Assembly (NCBI GenBank): GCA_002633005.1
Contig: NMRA01000395.1
Span: 65,804 to 129,803, forward strand
Length of the DNA stretch: 64,000 bases
Reading direction: 5' to 3'
DNA from: Phoronis australis
Taxonomy: Eukaryota > Animalia > Phoronida
The position numbers and the translations under genes were made by a program. This document shows positions 1-13,339 of this stretch, piece after piece. The notes below the pieces were generated by a model that was not told the DNA's origin, searched no databases, and saw nothing but the letters and a program-made list of their open reading frames with translations. How positions within the stretch are numbered: the stretch's first letter is position 1; the number at the start of each line of letters is the position of its first letter.

Positions 1-3000
1 GATTTTTTTGCTGGAAAAGCCTGAATCGACTGATCATTATTGCTTATTTAAATCATGCATGAGACACAGAATGGCCAGCAAGGACAAGCCAAAATGTTGA
101 GCCCTGTCTCCAGCAGGACTAATAATCCTCCATTTCATTCCAAACTAGAAAACATTTGTATTTCCGGTAATGAACTTTGACTTTCGGATATTTTGGCGTT
201 CATTGATACTGGTTTTCTTAGTGCCATTCCTCCCCAGTCTGAGGGACGAATTACGAATCTGATTTTGGAAAGGAATCAATTACATCAAGCACAGAACTCA
301 CTCCAAAACACCAACCTCAGGAACTTGCACACACAAATCGCATCCCGCGTGGTTTTTCGTTCTTCAAATGAAAAGACACTGTGGTGCAATGCCCGTGGTT
401 GCGATATCTGCGGTATCAGAACGTTCATACTTTTAAGTCTACAATATGTCGCGGATGCGTAAGTTGAGGAAACCAAATTGCGCTAATTAAGTGAATTCAA
501 AATCGAGAACTTAAAACTGTAATAAATAAAGTTAGGCATGGCAAATTATCGTTGAAGCAATTATTGAACTCCATTCGGTCCATTCTGACGAATTGTTTAC
601 GTGTTATTATCGTAGTAATCCACCGTGTTCATAAACACAGAACGAAATTTCACGCCCAAAACACGACCCAAAACAAAGAAGCAATTTTTTCAATGACGTT
701 ACACGGGGCATTGATATAGCATTATTTATGTAAAAGCAATGCCGAGCAACAACATCGTGTACGATTCAGTTTTGCCTTAACAATACACACGATGCGCCGG
801 AAGTTGAAACAAATACGTTATCTGTAAAATAAATTGGTCTCCTAAAATGTGTGATTCGATTAAATTCAAAACGATCTATCAATCAGTTTCATTTTTGTAG
901 CAAAGACCACGCTTTACAGTATGTGATATTTCTGACGGTGTCGACTTCAAAACGTGACATGTTACTCTGTCCAGTAAAGGCGCTACATGCAAAACTAAGC
1001 GTTTCATATCTATAGCACAACGACACGTACATGTATGCACACATGAATTTCGTGTTTTTGTGGAACGTTCGGTCCTCGTCGCTTTACCGTGTGACAACTC
1101 ATTAGACGCCACCGTGAATGAGTTTTGACGGCTACATGCAACTCGCCTCCCAAAGTTTTGGGTTTTAGTGCAAGTTAACGTTAAATCAATGAGAAAATGG
1201 ACACGCAATGATTTTCTTGACACTAACTGGGACTTTAATTTGACCGGCACTTCCACACTCGAAAAACTAGCCCTGTTAAACTTAGGCTATTCGGCAGTTA
1301 GAGCGCCTTCCACATTTCCCCAGTAAGAGAACGTGTTCAACTGAGTCCTCACAAGGTGGAGCTAAGGGCGTGCCATGGGGTTTCTTAGGTCAAAGTTATC
1401 CTAGTTCTTCATCAAGCTTGGGTTTGATCAATGACACTACTTGCATCACACGATCCCAAAATAGAAAGTCATAAGTTCAAGGAGTTTCGTTCATTTGCAT
1501 GTAGATGTTGCACTGAAATCTCATGGTGCTGGCAACAACTGGTAGTTATCACCAAGGCGTGAGCCAAGTGGTGGCGCTTCTGAAATATGCGCAACGGCTC
1601 GATGAAGATTGTTGTCTTGTTTCTCCCAAACATTTTACTTCCCAGTAATAACACGGATTCCAGTTTACTAGCACCTATGATGCCATGGAAGCCCATTACT
1701 TTATTGCGGATGTCCCAGCAATCAGGTGGTGATTTTTTCAAGTTAAGAGATTTCTATTTGTTTGATTACAAACCGATATATTTTTTTATTTTCGTCTCTT
1801 CAGCGTTTTAAAGTTACTGGCAGTGTAATCGTAAAATCGGAATGCACACGGGTAGAGTAGTTTACCGCCAACTATTGCTGTCTCAATAGATTAATTCCAC
1901 TGCATGATCTTCAAAAGCGGGTAGGAATAGATGCTTCGATGGGAATGTTCGGTCTAAGTAATTTGCAATAGATTTTGCAGTCCAGGCTAACATCCTCTGA
2001 CCTCTTGGGCATCGTGGCTAATTAAGGATTAGTACTTGTTCAAGCAAAATACGATTGCATTTCTGCAAACAGACCTTGTTGACTTCAACAGACGTGCACA
2101 GCCTTAATGCATTAAGTCGAGAGCCGGAAACAGTTGAACGTTAATGGTAATCGCTATCATAGACAGAGGCATCGGGTTGCTAACAGCAGTGTCGGCACTT
2201 TTTACCACTCATAAGTGTATTAATACTGAATGGCCTATTTGTGCCATTAGTTCAAATTTCCGGTAGCGCCACAAACAAATCATCCACGAGATAAAAATCT
2301 CAAGAGTATGATTATTCAGTGCTCCATTTTGCTGGGTTAAGCTAGACGAGCATCGAATTGGCTTTTAATTACGTAACGTCGGTCTCGTAACATTGTTTAG
2401 TGCGATAGGATTCTATTTCCGTTACCAACTCAATTCAAATGCTATGCGCACGTTTGCCATTTTTGAATTGGCGTTGTTTTATTGAGTCGCACATACTTTC
2501 ATTGTTATTTATTGAAAAGAAAATCCCACCTCGACAGCGAGACTGATTTTATGACAGTAAAAAGTCTCATTTTTTAGCCAATCAGACAGGGTGATATGCA
2601 GCTTCACGTTAATAAATAGCGTGCACCTAGCAACACAAAGTCCTGTATATCGTCAGGTAAAAAAATAATTACCTTATTATTCAACAAATAGCGGCGCAGT
2701 CGTTGACAAAGTTTGATCAAGCAATCATGTCGTTGTACTGGTCATGATCATTTCACCAGACTCGTTGTTTAGGGCATTATATTACTCTGTGTCCGAATGA
2801 TCTAGTTACAGGCAAAATATGTCATATTCGGGAGGCAGTCGCCATACATGTTGCGCCTTAATAACATTGTTTTTACAGCCCCTTTATCTCACGAGAATTG
2901 ACGTTAATTTCTACGTCAGCCACAATGATGGTTGTAGGCCTATGTAAAGGGAACCAAGCCAATGCTATTCTTGTCGGTGTCTGTTTGTGCCTCATCACTT

Positions 3001-4552
3001 CTGGTGCTGGCGAATCTTGAGTTATATTTTGATTCAACTAATATGGAGCGCCACAAGCAATGCCATATTGGCTTAATATGATTTGCACAGAAGTCCAGTG
3101 CACAGAAGAGCACTGATGCGGGGTTTTGTGTTTTGCTTACAGTAGTGACGAATTCTACGTACTTGACCGAATTACCGGTAGTTGACTTGTCCGACACTGT
3201 ATGTGAGGCTTGTCTAAATACTTAACCCGCTCATCTGCGCATTGCAAGCACTTGTTATCCAGAATCTTCGTGGTCGATGGAAATGTTCCATCACTGCTAT
3301 TGTCGTTCAGGGGCCTCCTAACTTCACTTAAGGTACAACGAATCATTTCTGAAGTTATGGCATGCTGAACTTTTAGCCCATGAGCACGTGTATATAGAGA
3401 CAACAGAAGCCGTTCCCACATATCCTTTTTCAGGTTCTATAGCAATTTTTGCCAACATTACAGCTAAGTTTAGCGTATATCGCTTTTACAAACTAAAACA
3501 AACTGACCTTGCCTGTCCTTGATTTCACAGGTCTCAGACGCTCAAGTGAATAGACCTCTCAACCGACGAAAACCACACTCGAAAGTAAGACCGCAGTGGA
3601 TTCGATGAGTATTGGCAAACCAACATAACACCGCAAAGCAAACATACGCGCTCAATCACAGGTCTGAGAAGCTCAAAATAACGCAGCAAAGATCAACGAC
3701 CATTAACGTAATGTGCCAAGATATCACATGCCGTGTGCGTCGGAAGTAGAGTCGCTGTAAAGATTTTACTCGTCAGTATAAATAAACCACATGCTTGTTC
3801 TTTGCGGAGAGAATAGTTCGTCAGCGTATCCATGTCTATATAGTCGCGCCCGCTCACTATTCATCCATTTGTCATCATGATAACGACATGAGAGTTTACT
3901 CTAATTAACCTGTTTTACTAATTACCGTCTGCGATACAGCGATTAGCGCATAATACAGTTGCATAACCTTCAGAGGACTGACGGCGATGAGCCTAACGTC
4001 AATTGTCTTTTTATTTCGCGTGCATACACATGTAGGTAAAACATTTCCGATAATCAGTGATAAAGAATCTGTCACGGTTATCACACTAGTCTGACTCACA
4101 AATGGAAATTGAAATGCACAGCCACATTTTCAAAAAAAGGAAATCGCAGATCTTGGGATGCTTTAAATTCAGATAACCACGGGGTCAATTCAGCATTAGA
4201 CATGTTCACAAAATTAATATATGTGTTTGGATTAATCGGTGTACTCCGACAATGGTTGCATCCGTTTCAGGCTCGCGTGGAGTTGGGAAGGATTAAGATT
4301 GACCGGGTCCATAGCCAGGTAATCATTTTTGAAATGTTCAGTAATTTAAACAGTTTTTAATTTTGGAATCAGTTTTTCTTGTTTGGTTGAGTCCAAAACT
4401 TCAAAATGACGTTATACTAAACAAGCAAGTACTCAACATTACTGCGTAAATTGTTAAAATGTTTTTCATATACGCGTGATATTTTTTCTTTTAAGCATGC
4501 GTACTAAGCATTGGTGAAACATTGACGAGGAAAAGGTATATCAGAGCTACAT

Positions 4553-4710
4553 CATGGGAGGCGCAGCACTGAAATAAGTGAGGACTATAGCGCATCAGCC
4601 TCTTATCGGGTGCGCCAACCATGTCCGTGGCTGGCGCAGCACTGAAATAAGTGGGGGGCGGGGGGTGGAGTGACTGTAGCACCCCAGCCCACTATGGTGT
4701 GCCGCCTATG
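4553..4710. mobile_element. Small hAT-type MITE (CATGGG..CCTATG termini) with 5-bp TSD TACAT
   Basis: Imperfect TIRs catgggaggcgca / tgtgccgcctatg flanked by tacat on both sides; related copies at 27799-27943 and 46883-47018. Confidence 0.65.
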
Positions 4711-4909
4711 TACATGTAATAGAGTTTGAATATCGGATTAAACAAAATGCACACTGAATTAGAAATATTTTTAACTACAGTACAATATTTGTTTTGTCAA
4801 TGCAACGAACGTATACTCGGTATCTTTACGTGCGTGCGTGTTGCCGAGGAGACAAGAACGCGTCGATTTTAAATGAAGTTCGTTTCATCTTTGAACAGAA
4901 ATTGATGAC

Positions 4910-5322
4910 CAGGGGCCTGTTCCAATAAAACTGACTTAGCTAAGACAATTCATCATTATATTCAATTTTAAGATAAAGCTGAAATTTGCTTCAAGAACTT
5001 TCAGGAAAGAAATCTTAAGCTTGACTTAAGTTTTTGACTTAATATGAAGCCCAAAGGCATGTTGGTGTTATTTCGCGGTCCTGGTGTTAGTATTGTAGAT
5101 CTGGGGCCCATTCCAAGAAATTGACTTAAGTTCATTTTTCCAAACTTTGAAACTTCCACACTCGGTAATTTAGCCAAAATTAAGAGGAAGCCTAGGTCAA
5201 AAACTTAAGTCAGTTGAAGATCTTCCTTGAAACAGATTTAAGACAAATATAATTTTTATTTCAAAAGTTACTGAAATTTAACATTTGTCTTAGCTAAGTC
5301 AGTTCTCTTGGAACGGGTCCTG
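4910..5322. mobile_element. PIF/Harbinger-type MITE
   Basis: TIR ggggcctgttccaataaaactgacttagctaagacaa / ttgtcttagctaagtcagttctcttggaacgggtcc with CAG/CTG-type flanks. Confidence 0.6.
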
Positions 5323-6186
5323 GATTGCAAATCGCATACAGTACTCACGTGATTCGCCATACAAGTTTTTGTGTTGACATTCAGGTTCGTTGGTGCTGGC
5401 CCGTTGTGTACAGACGAACTCGAGTCAAACAGCCTGGCAGATAATACGCCCCGGTCAACTGCGTAGTGTAACGTGTGTTGCAACTAACTGTATTTACCGA
5501 CACGCTGGGCAGTAAAACAAACATTGCACTTGATGATTCCCCGCGTACGTAATTGCTTCCGACTGCAACTTTAAGTCTTGGCCACGAGCACACAACTGCA
5601 TGTTAGGGTACTGACAACCACAACGCCACTTGCACGGACTTTTACTGTTGGTATTTGGAACCTTGACTTTTTTATTTATAAACATTTTGACTAGATCTAT
5701 GAATTTTTCGTTGCTTACATGCAAGGTCACATTTTAGGGAGACTCCTACCGTAACTACACGTTTCACATTTTTCGAAGTTGTGAACTGGGTGCCTCGCCC
5801 ATGTTGAAACGCCACCTATTGCACGTTTCACAGAAGCGCCCCGGATTTGACAATGTGTATATAAGGAAGATATCTTGAAATGTCTTAACTTCAAAATGCT
5901 GCTCAAACTTGTATTTTAGTATTCATGAAAGCCACAGTAATCAACCTATTATGAACGAGTACGGTAAATTTGGCCCTTAAAGCAGTTTGCTGTTCTGCTC
6001 TATCAAGCCATCCCACCAATACTCATAAACTCCCAGATTTACTAGCCAGTGCTCTGTAGACTTAAGAAACTCGAGTAAAATGCAATTTCGCACCAGACTC
6101 CGCGAGATATCGCATGCATTGCAACCGAAACAAGTGTTCGCAATTGCTTTGCTCTCGAAATTCTTGCATCTACGGAAGGCAGTCCA

Positions 6187-6494
6187 GCCTCCCGTTCAGT
6201 AACGCTAGGACCTCGCTAAAAAGCAAGACTTCGCGGGCTTACGTGAGATATTGCCGTGTATTTTGAATGAGAACACGTGACTTTGACTAGGTTTTAGCTA
6301 GGTCCTAGCGTAGGTCCTAGCGTCTACTGAACGCACGCCTGCCTCCCGTTCAGCAACGCTAGGACCTAGCCTAAAAGCAAGACTTTGCGAGATTACGCGA
6401 AATATTGCCGTGTATTTCAAATAACAGCACGTGACCTTGACTAGCTTTTGGCTAGGTCCTAGCGTAGGTCCTAGCGTCTACTGAACGCACGCCT
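6187..6494. repeat. Head-to-tail tandem pair of a ~154-bp palindromic MITE-like unit
   Basis: Units 6187-6340 and 6341-6494, each cgttcag..acgctaggacct ... aggtcctagcgtctactgaacg. Confidence 0.75.
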
Positions 6495-6526
6495 GGTGTC
6501 ACATTCATCAATAAAACTTCCGGTGC

Positions 6527-7050
6527 TAGACAATAACATCGCCCTGAATGCCGTAGGTATACTGGGACGATAGTACATGTACATGTACATCCCCATTAAA
6601 ATTCTCATTTCAAAATACAAATAAAATGAAATGAAACATGCATATAGGCACATGAAGCTGTAATTGACATACACCATGACTCTGGATACAATTTTGTCAG
6701 CATATCGTGAACAAATCCATGAAAATCTGTTTGCTCGAGTTTCTATTACCTGGTGCCATTTTGAGGAAGTTACGTGAATTCACACATGTTGACGAATAAA
6801 AAGTCCAAGGGACACAAACCTTATAAATATCACGTGATAACTCATTCCACTCGCTGGTTCCCTACGTGCCGCTAGGTGGGGCGTTGGCCGCGCCAGCACG
6901 TGCAGGCTAGGCACGTAGGGGACCAGCGAGATATCTTCCAATGCTATTTTGCAAGTGTCACTCACGCGCCAGCGTCACGCGTCGCTCAGTCTCGCGCTAA
7001 CCTTTGGCAAACTCACGTGACTCAGTTGAAATACTTTGTGGTTACTGATA
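6527..7050 (+). mobile_element. Partial copy of the TAG-terminated element at 37342-38116, itself interrupted by a ~85-bp hairpin MITE (6849-6931)
   Basis: Colinear similarity with 37342-37790 (tagacaataacatcgc.., gactctggatacaattt.., catgttgacgaataaaaagtcc.., cgctcagtctcgcgctaaccttt). The hairpin ctcgctggttccctacgtgcc/ggcacgtaggggaccagcgag is absent from the other copy. Confidence 0.65.
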
Positions 7051-7120
7051 AGCTGCACGCTCGCAATTTTACGATCGTAGTCTTACTCTCGTAATTTTAG
7101 CAAGACATCGTTAGAATTAA

Positions 7121-8078
7121 AGTGTACACAACATGACTCTAGTACCTCAAAATAAATTTTATTATTATATCTTACTTGATTTCAATGCCTTTAGTGCACA
7201 GTTCATAAAGAAACACGCAAAAATTTAAAAAAATAATTATGTACAACGTCATGGGTTGAACCCAAGTCGTTCGCCATACTGTTCGGATCAGAGACAAAGT
7301 GTATAGAGTAAAGAGAAAGCAAAGTACATTTAGCGTCGAGAAAGTTCATAGAGGGACCAAAAGATGTGTTTCCGGAGGCTTCAGCAACAGCAGCCAGGCG
7401 GAGAACGTGTCGGTGTTCCGAAGGACACCAAAGTTGCGCAGAAGTGGCATCGCTTCGTGCGCCGAACGAGAGTGTGGGACGTCATCGTGGACCAAGCGAT
7501 TCGGTCCGGGGCCACTCTGTGTTCTGCCCACTTTGAGGACTCGTGTTTCGACTCCAGTCACAGGAGACGTTACGATGAAGGCCTGGTTCAATAAAGGACA
7601 ATATTTATCATTCAGAAACATCAGCTCTTAATTCAGGATCGTCTGTTGGATGGCTGGGTTGACTCGCCGAGCCCAAGGCCGCTTCTCTCGCGGGAGGATC
7701 CAGTTCGTAAGGCTCAAAGTAGAAAAGTACGCAGCCGGAAGCCCATTAAACTTGTTCTCGCTTTCGTGCAACCCCATTTCCTCATCCTGGCCACTATTCC
7801 CGTGCGTTTTTATAGTATTCGTTCAATTCTTGCTCATAATCGTCATCGCTTTCAAATTCCCTGCTCTCCGCCATTGTTCAATGCTAGTCACTGATCTCTT
7901 GTGTTCAACCCATGACGTCACATGGCGGGAAATGTGAAAATTGGCAAAATTGAAAGAAAAATCAAAATTTCAAGCTAATTACACAAAATAAACACGGGTT
8001 TAGCTAAATTTTACGTCATACATTTAGCCTGTGGCCACCGGTAATTCAAAATGTGCAAAAATCCATGGTGTGTACTGT
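7121..8078 (+). mobile_element. Non-autonomous Kolobok-like element (family D) with frameshifted THAP remnant
   Basis: TTAA on both sides; TIR agtgtacacaacatg / catggtgtgtactgt; internal KRCVSGG(F)SN..PKDTKVAQKW..LCSAHFEDSCF (7340-7594). Confidence 0.75.
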
Positions 8079-10902
8079 TTAAGTCGTACCAGCCAAGGAA
8101 ACCATCAGCCATTGAACTATGAATCAGTTGGTTTTGTTTTGTGGTGCAAATGATTTGTCATTCTAATGTTTGGAATAAAAATGAGCGATTTACCGCCAAC
8201 ATTTAGAAATACTATATCACCATCCCGAAAACCATTTTCAACGTATGTGTTTTGCAATGTCATATGTCCTCTACTCACACTACTAAGAGTAAGAGAATGA
8301 AATGGCGCCTAAATATTGAAACAACCTAAGTAATTTCAACATTAATTAAAACAAAAACATCGTAAGACAACCTGGTATATGTTGCTACGTCAATATGTAC
8401 GAAAACGGACCAATCTCAAATGTCTGGGATTGCTAAGGCAACAAGTGAAAAATATCAGCTAGTTTTCGATATACTTCAACATGTTGCAGTTACATAATAA
8501 ATACTTGAGATCTGAACACTTCATGGCATGCGCGTTAATTTACGAGCCTACAACTGTTTCAGAGCTGACTGGATATAACGATTGCGACCGTGGGTTCGGT
8601 CGTACGAGCATAATTATGATCGTGGTTTGTACACGTGCAAATGATTACTGTCGTAAAATATGGGAGAAGTTTCGGTCGTAAAACACAAGCAGCGAAGTCT
8701 CGGACGGTAATTACGCGGGTAATTACTGGCGGCGCTGTCTTCCGAACGGTCCAAGATACAATTGTTTTGTCTTCACGGTAGGCTCGGACGTTATAATTAA
8801 CATCATTCATTCAGTTCCTACTAACGAGTTCGTTTCTCATTGTCCGCATTTCGCTTTTTTTCTCTCGAACAGTTCCTGGGACGCTTACATGTAGCTAATA
8901 AAATTTAGAAAAACGTAAATCCCGAACTCCGATATTTTAGCGAATTGTTTCAAAAAACGTCAAATGAGTTGAAGGATGACAATGGGTTCCCCTCACGAGA
9001 TGGCGCCAGAATAAGGACGCCTATTACAAATATACTACAGGTGGAATTACTTACATCCGTTAATCGAACATTGAGTCGATTTCGTTTGTCCTATTCATTT
9101 GCGAATCGGCGCATTCAGAAAAATCAGTGTCGTCTCATTTTTTTCAATTTTCAATACCCATACAGTGTTAACCGACGGCCAGGCCAAAGCTGTAATTTCA
9201 CGGCTGCTTCTACACTGTAAGTCGTACCATACAGTACTTTATTGCATTCGAGGCAAGAGGCCTATTACGTTCAATAACTCAACATTGTAAACGATCAAAC
9301 TGTCGCCACCTGGTGGGCCGAGAAAGAACTACTGTGTGGAAATTGGAAGAGCATTAAATGATCTTATTGCACATCTTGTGTAGCAAGGAAAAACTTAGGA
9401 AGATTTCTCAACACCGTTGAGTCAGAGATCGTTGTGCAAGTCAAGGGGCATTAGGGATCAAACAACCACGTGATACGAGACGCATCAAAAGCAATAAAAA
9501 GTGCGCGAACCAGTAATCAAAAGCGACATTTTCATCTCATAGATCGGCTAAGAACTTTAACTTTCGTAGACATTCAAAAAGAGTAGAACGTGATGCTTCG
9601 TCGCCCCTACACAGCGGTCTGAAATGGGCGGAAAATTATAGTCTAGTATTCAGTTGTTTTTCTAATATACGAAGCTTGACACCTTGCAGTGATGTAGAAA
9701 AACGATAAATCAATAATTTTCAGCGAAATTGAAAAACGAAAAAATAAAACTTAGAAAATTTGCTCAACTTTCGAATTTTCCAATTTTGCTTAACCAAGAA
9801 AAAGTTTGGTCCTTTCACAATATGTGGGCCAATATTGGATCAAATTCTCATGAAGACTCAAAATCTGCAATGGATTGCTGAAAACAGAAATATTATAAGG
9901 TACTTTACTTCCATAAAACCAGTTTCATAACTTTATTTATCGCAATAGGATTCTAATCCCGTTACCAACGTAAAAGCCGGGGACACGGAAGGCGTACGCG
10001 CGCCATGAATTCTCAATTTTAGGGTTTGCCAACCTCATAAACAGCGTTTCCCTGTGTTGCTAATGGTTTAGACGATCTAGTTGTTGCCAACGGACACAGA
10101 ATCATCAGGTGGCAAACATGAAGATTTTTTGGAATATGCAATACTGGTCAAATTGAAAGAGACTCATTTTCTGTGGCCGGCACCTTGGTGATATGCGCAG
10201 AAATTTGCTGACGAATATGACGAGTACTGTAGTTTCATGTACATGTAGAATATTCCAAAGCCATAATCTTCGTGAACTAAAAAGCCTGACGTTATGCATG
10301 TATATTACAATAGCAATAGTGCTAAGTACTGAAATGATTTATTGATAAGTTGTAATGTAAACTGTATTATGAGAGCAAGGCTTACATACAATAAGCCTTT
10401 CTGATTTTGTTTCTGATTCTAAACAGATTGTGATTCCCATCTTAAGAGTGTGAAATACCTTATCGCTGCTTGTTTTTTATGCATGTAAACGGGCGAAATG
10501 CAGCCTCACAATGAATTTCAAGTAACGGGTAATCGTGGTCTTAGTCATTTTCAAAGGCTGGAACTCGGACGATTCCTGCTATCAATCTGCTTCTACTTGT
10601 GTATCAAGAACGCACATGTGTTTAAGTAGTATTTGCTAACCGATGATCAACATTGTCTATAATCTACATGTATGTTAAAAATAAATTGAATGTTAACCAT
10701 GATAATATTAAGAGGAAGTCAAGTGGTTTCACATTTTGTTGTCGATCTTCCCAACTGTTAACGTTAGCACAGTCATTAGCTCTGCCTATCGTACACGTAT
10801 TTATTCAACAAAATTAAATTTTGGCAAACATTCTGTTTCAATAACTACAAGAAAATGTAGCAGCAATGTACGTACATATATTTGCTATTAGCAACTGGTT
10901 AA

Positions 10903-12619
10903 AGGAGAATGCCAACCGATTTAATTAGTCTTTTTTACCGTCTTAATCGGTCTATATCCACATCGCCTCATATACGGTCGCCAACGTCACCTTGCCGAGA
11001 GGTGTCACGTTAATTTGTGAGGAAGGTGAGAAACGACGCAGCGACGTCAGTGGTTCGTCTGCAGAGTGAATGCCGCTATATTGCGGTGCATTGTTCCTGC
11101 TTGACCGAACTATGAAGCTGCGAAAAAAGCTGGTATATCGTGTTTTCGACTTCCTCGAGAGTCCGAAATGCTTAGGAAGTGGCTCGCGGTAGTGAAGAAT
11201 AAAAGGTACGCTGTTAATAGCGAGTAGGAGACCGTGAAACACATCCGTGTCTGTTGCCGGCATTTCGTCGACGAATTCCGGCTTACCAAAGAACTATCCA
11301 TACGTTCCGTTGCCTGAGCATGTTCACGGCGCCTCTAGTATTTCTTGATAAGCGTATTCCGGTTCGAACTGTCGTAACGATCTGACCCGAGAAGTCTTCG
11401 TCGGATGAGCTCTTGACTAAGTCGGGATTGGCGCCATGTAGACGTTTATTATTATGCGTTCTTTTTCAAAATGAATTATTCTCATCCTAACCAAGGCTTA
11501 TATGAAACTGAAACAAAGTCTGTCTCATTAGATACAACTTGTAATGCCTTGGAGTGCTCGTGAGTGCAAATGTATTGAGAAGCCAGCAACAAATAAACCA
11601 CTGCGTTACCGGCATTTGATGCCGGCAACAAAGGTATTTGACCGGGCACCGAGGCCGTGTGAACGCATGACAATTCAGTGTTTGCTGACAAAAAGCTGTT
11701 GTGAAACAATTACTCGATTTTATATGTTATGGTCACATGTTAGGGGAATCTTTATTTAGAAATACAAATACATTATTCAAACCATTATTAATGTACAACC
11801 TTTGCCCGGACGGTCTGCGGAAGGGGAACCCGACGTCGCGTTCCCCGACATGTAAGTAGATTTTTAGTTTCGTGGCTAATTCACATAAATATTTACGTGC
11901 ACATTATTTCTTTGGCTCACTATTATAGTCTTTTCGTGACTGGGGGCTTAGTTTCCAACTCATGCTGGTTTATGTTCGTGCCAGTCCCGGCGGCCGCGAC
12001 GGCCGGGACTGATAGGGTTCCGAGCCACTGGCCGGGATAACCAGTCAGTCCGGCCGCGACGGGCCTGATCGGGTTCCGAGCCACTGGCCGGGATAACAAG
12101 CGTTTTGTGTGTTAATAACTCAAAAAATCACAAGTATAAACAACACAGATCTAAGTTCTCCTGTCTGTATTTGACGGAAGAATAGCTCGAATATATCTCC
12201 GAACAGACCCCAAACTCCTGCTATGGACCTTGGTAAATTGGCCTGCAGACCTTTGGGGCTACTGTTTGTCCAAATACCAGTAAATCCGTAACAGCGAAAT
12301 AAAACAACAAGTTTTTATATGAACTTGGTGTATTTTTAAGGGTTTTACATCGAAGTTTCATGATTTATTGGTGTTAAACGATGAATTTTAACGATAAGCT
12401 GACACAACTAACCCGTGTTGTGAAGTGCTGAACAGACTGCGTGTGAAACCAATGAACTGCTGAACAGACTGCGTGTGAAACCAATTACGTCATTTGACGA
12501 TTTCAACACCTCCGTCTGCCGTCAGATGTCAGGTAACGCAAGCGAACCTGCCGTTATGGAATAGAGCTACTCGATCTAAATTGACACGGAATATGTTGCT
12601 TTTTGGGTGGCATTCTCCT
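10903..12619 (+). mobile_element. Non-autonomous Kolobok-like element (family A, copy 1) with THAP remnant
   Basis: TTAA|AGGAGAATGCCA...TGGCATTCTCCT|TTAA; THAP-like CIVPA..FRLP..KWL..RVCCRHF at ~11070-11270; colinear with 23370-24986 and 51599-53245. Confidence 0.85.
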
Positions 12620-13277
12620 TTAATGTCATTTATACCATCACCGTCATGTCCTGCCTAATAATCCCTTAATTTTGACAAAACGAACACGAATTCCTCGGAT
12701 GGTAACTGCTTATGTATTTATGGACACACTACGTTTTCAATAGTGATTCTCTAACGACCTCTGCACACATGACTTCATTTTCTACGCAATAACAAGACAG
12801 CGTTCTCAACCACTGAAATGATGTGAATTCTCTTCAGTTCAAGAGTGTCAATTGTGCGATTTTATGCAATTAAGGCAACTACACCACACTTTCTGCCAAA
12901 GTGATGCGGCTGCGAAAACGAAACACTAAGTCCGTTCCTAGCTCTTGTTCCACGCGTGGCATTTTTGATAAGGTTCTATTTACATGCTAGTCTTCGTATT
13001 GTATGCCTTAAGTTCGCCATCAAAGCGGATCCAGGAAGTCACGAGGGGATGTCATCACTGTGCAAGGGCAGCTGTTCTGACGTGTTATAAGTACGTAACT
13101 CTAAAAACAGTACGCCGTTGCTGTTTTTGTTATACACGAAGCTGGAAGGTTAAAGCCCTGACACACCCCACATCCTATTTTGTTCATCGTGCCTCATTAC
13201 CGCGTCACTGCCATGATCACTTTAACAAACATGACCTCAACCATTTATTGTCCCAATTTTCTGACCCCTAGACACGG

Positions 13278-13280
<3 letters not shown>

Positions 13281-13337
<57 letters not shown>

Positions 13338-13339
13338 GT
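13281..13339. repeat. (TG)n microsatellite
   Basis: About 26 perfect TG units plus an imperfect tail. Confidence 0.97.

Noticed and set aside
2940-3421. Possible MULE-like transposase remnant (SDGTF motif)
   Set aside because: Only one short motif in heavily interrupted frames, with no TIRs or TSD found.
5494-5730. Cys-containing ORF (PCKWRCGCQ..CLFYCPACR)
   Set aside because: No recognisable domain, signal peptide or convincing splice partners.
6187-6494. CRISPR-like or other prokaryotic repeat array
   Set aside because: Only two long palindromic units without spacers, in a spliceosomal-intron eukaryotic context with no cas genes.
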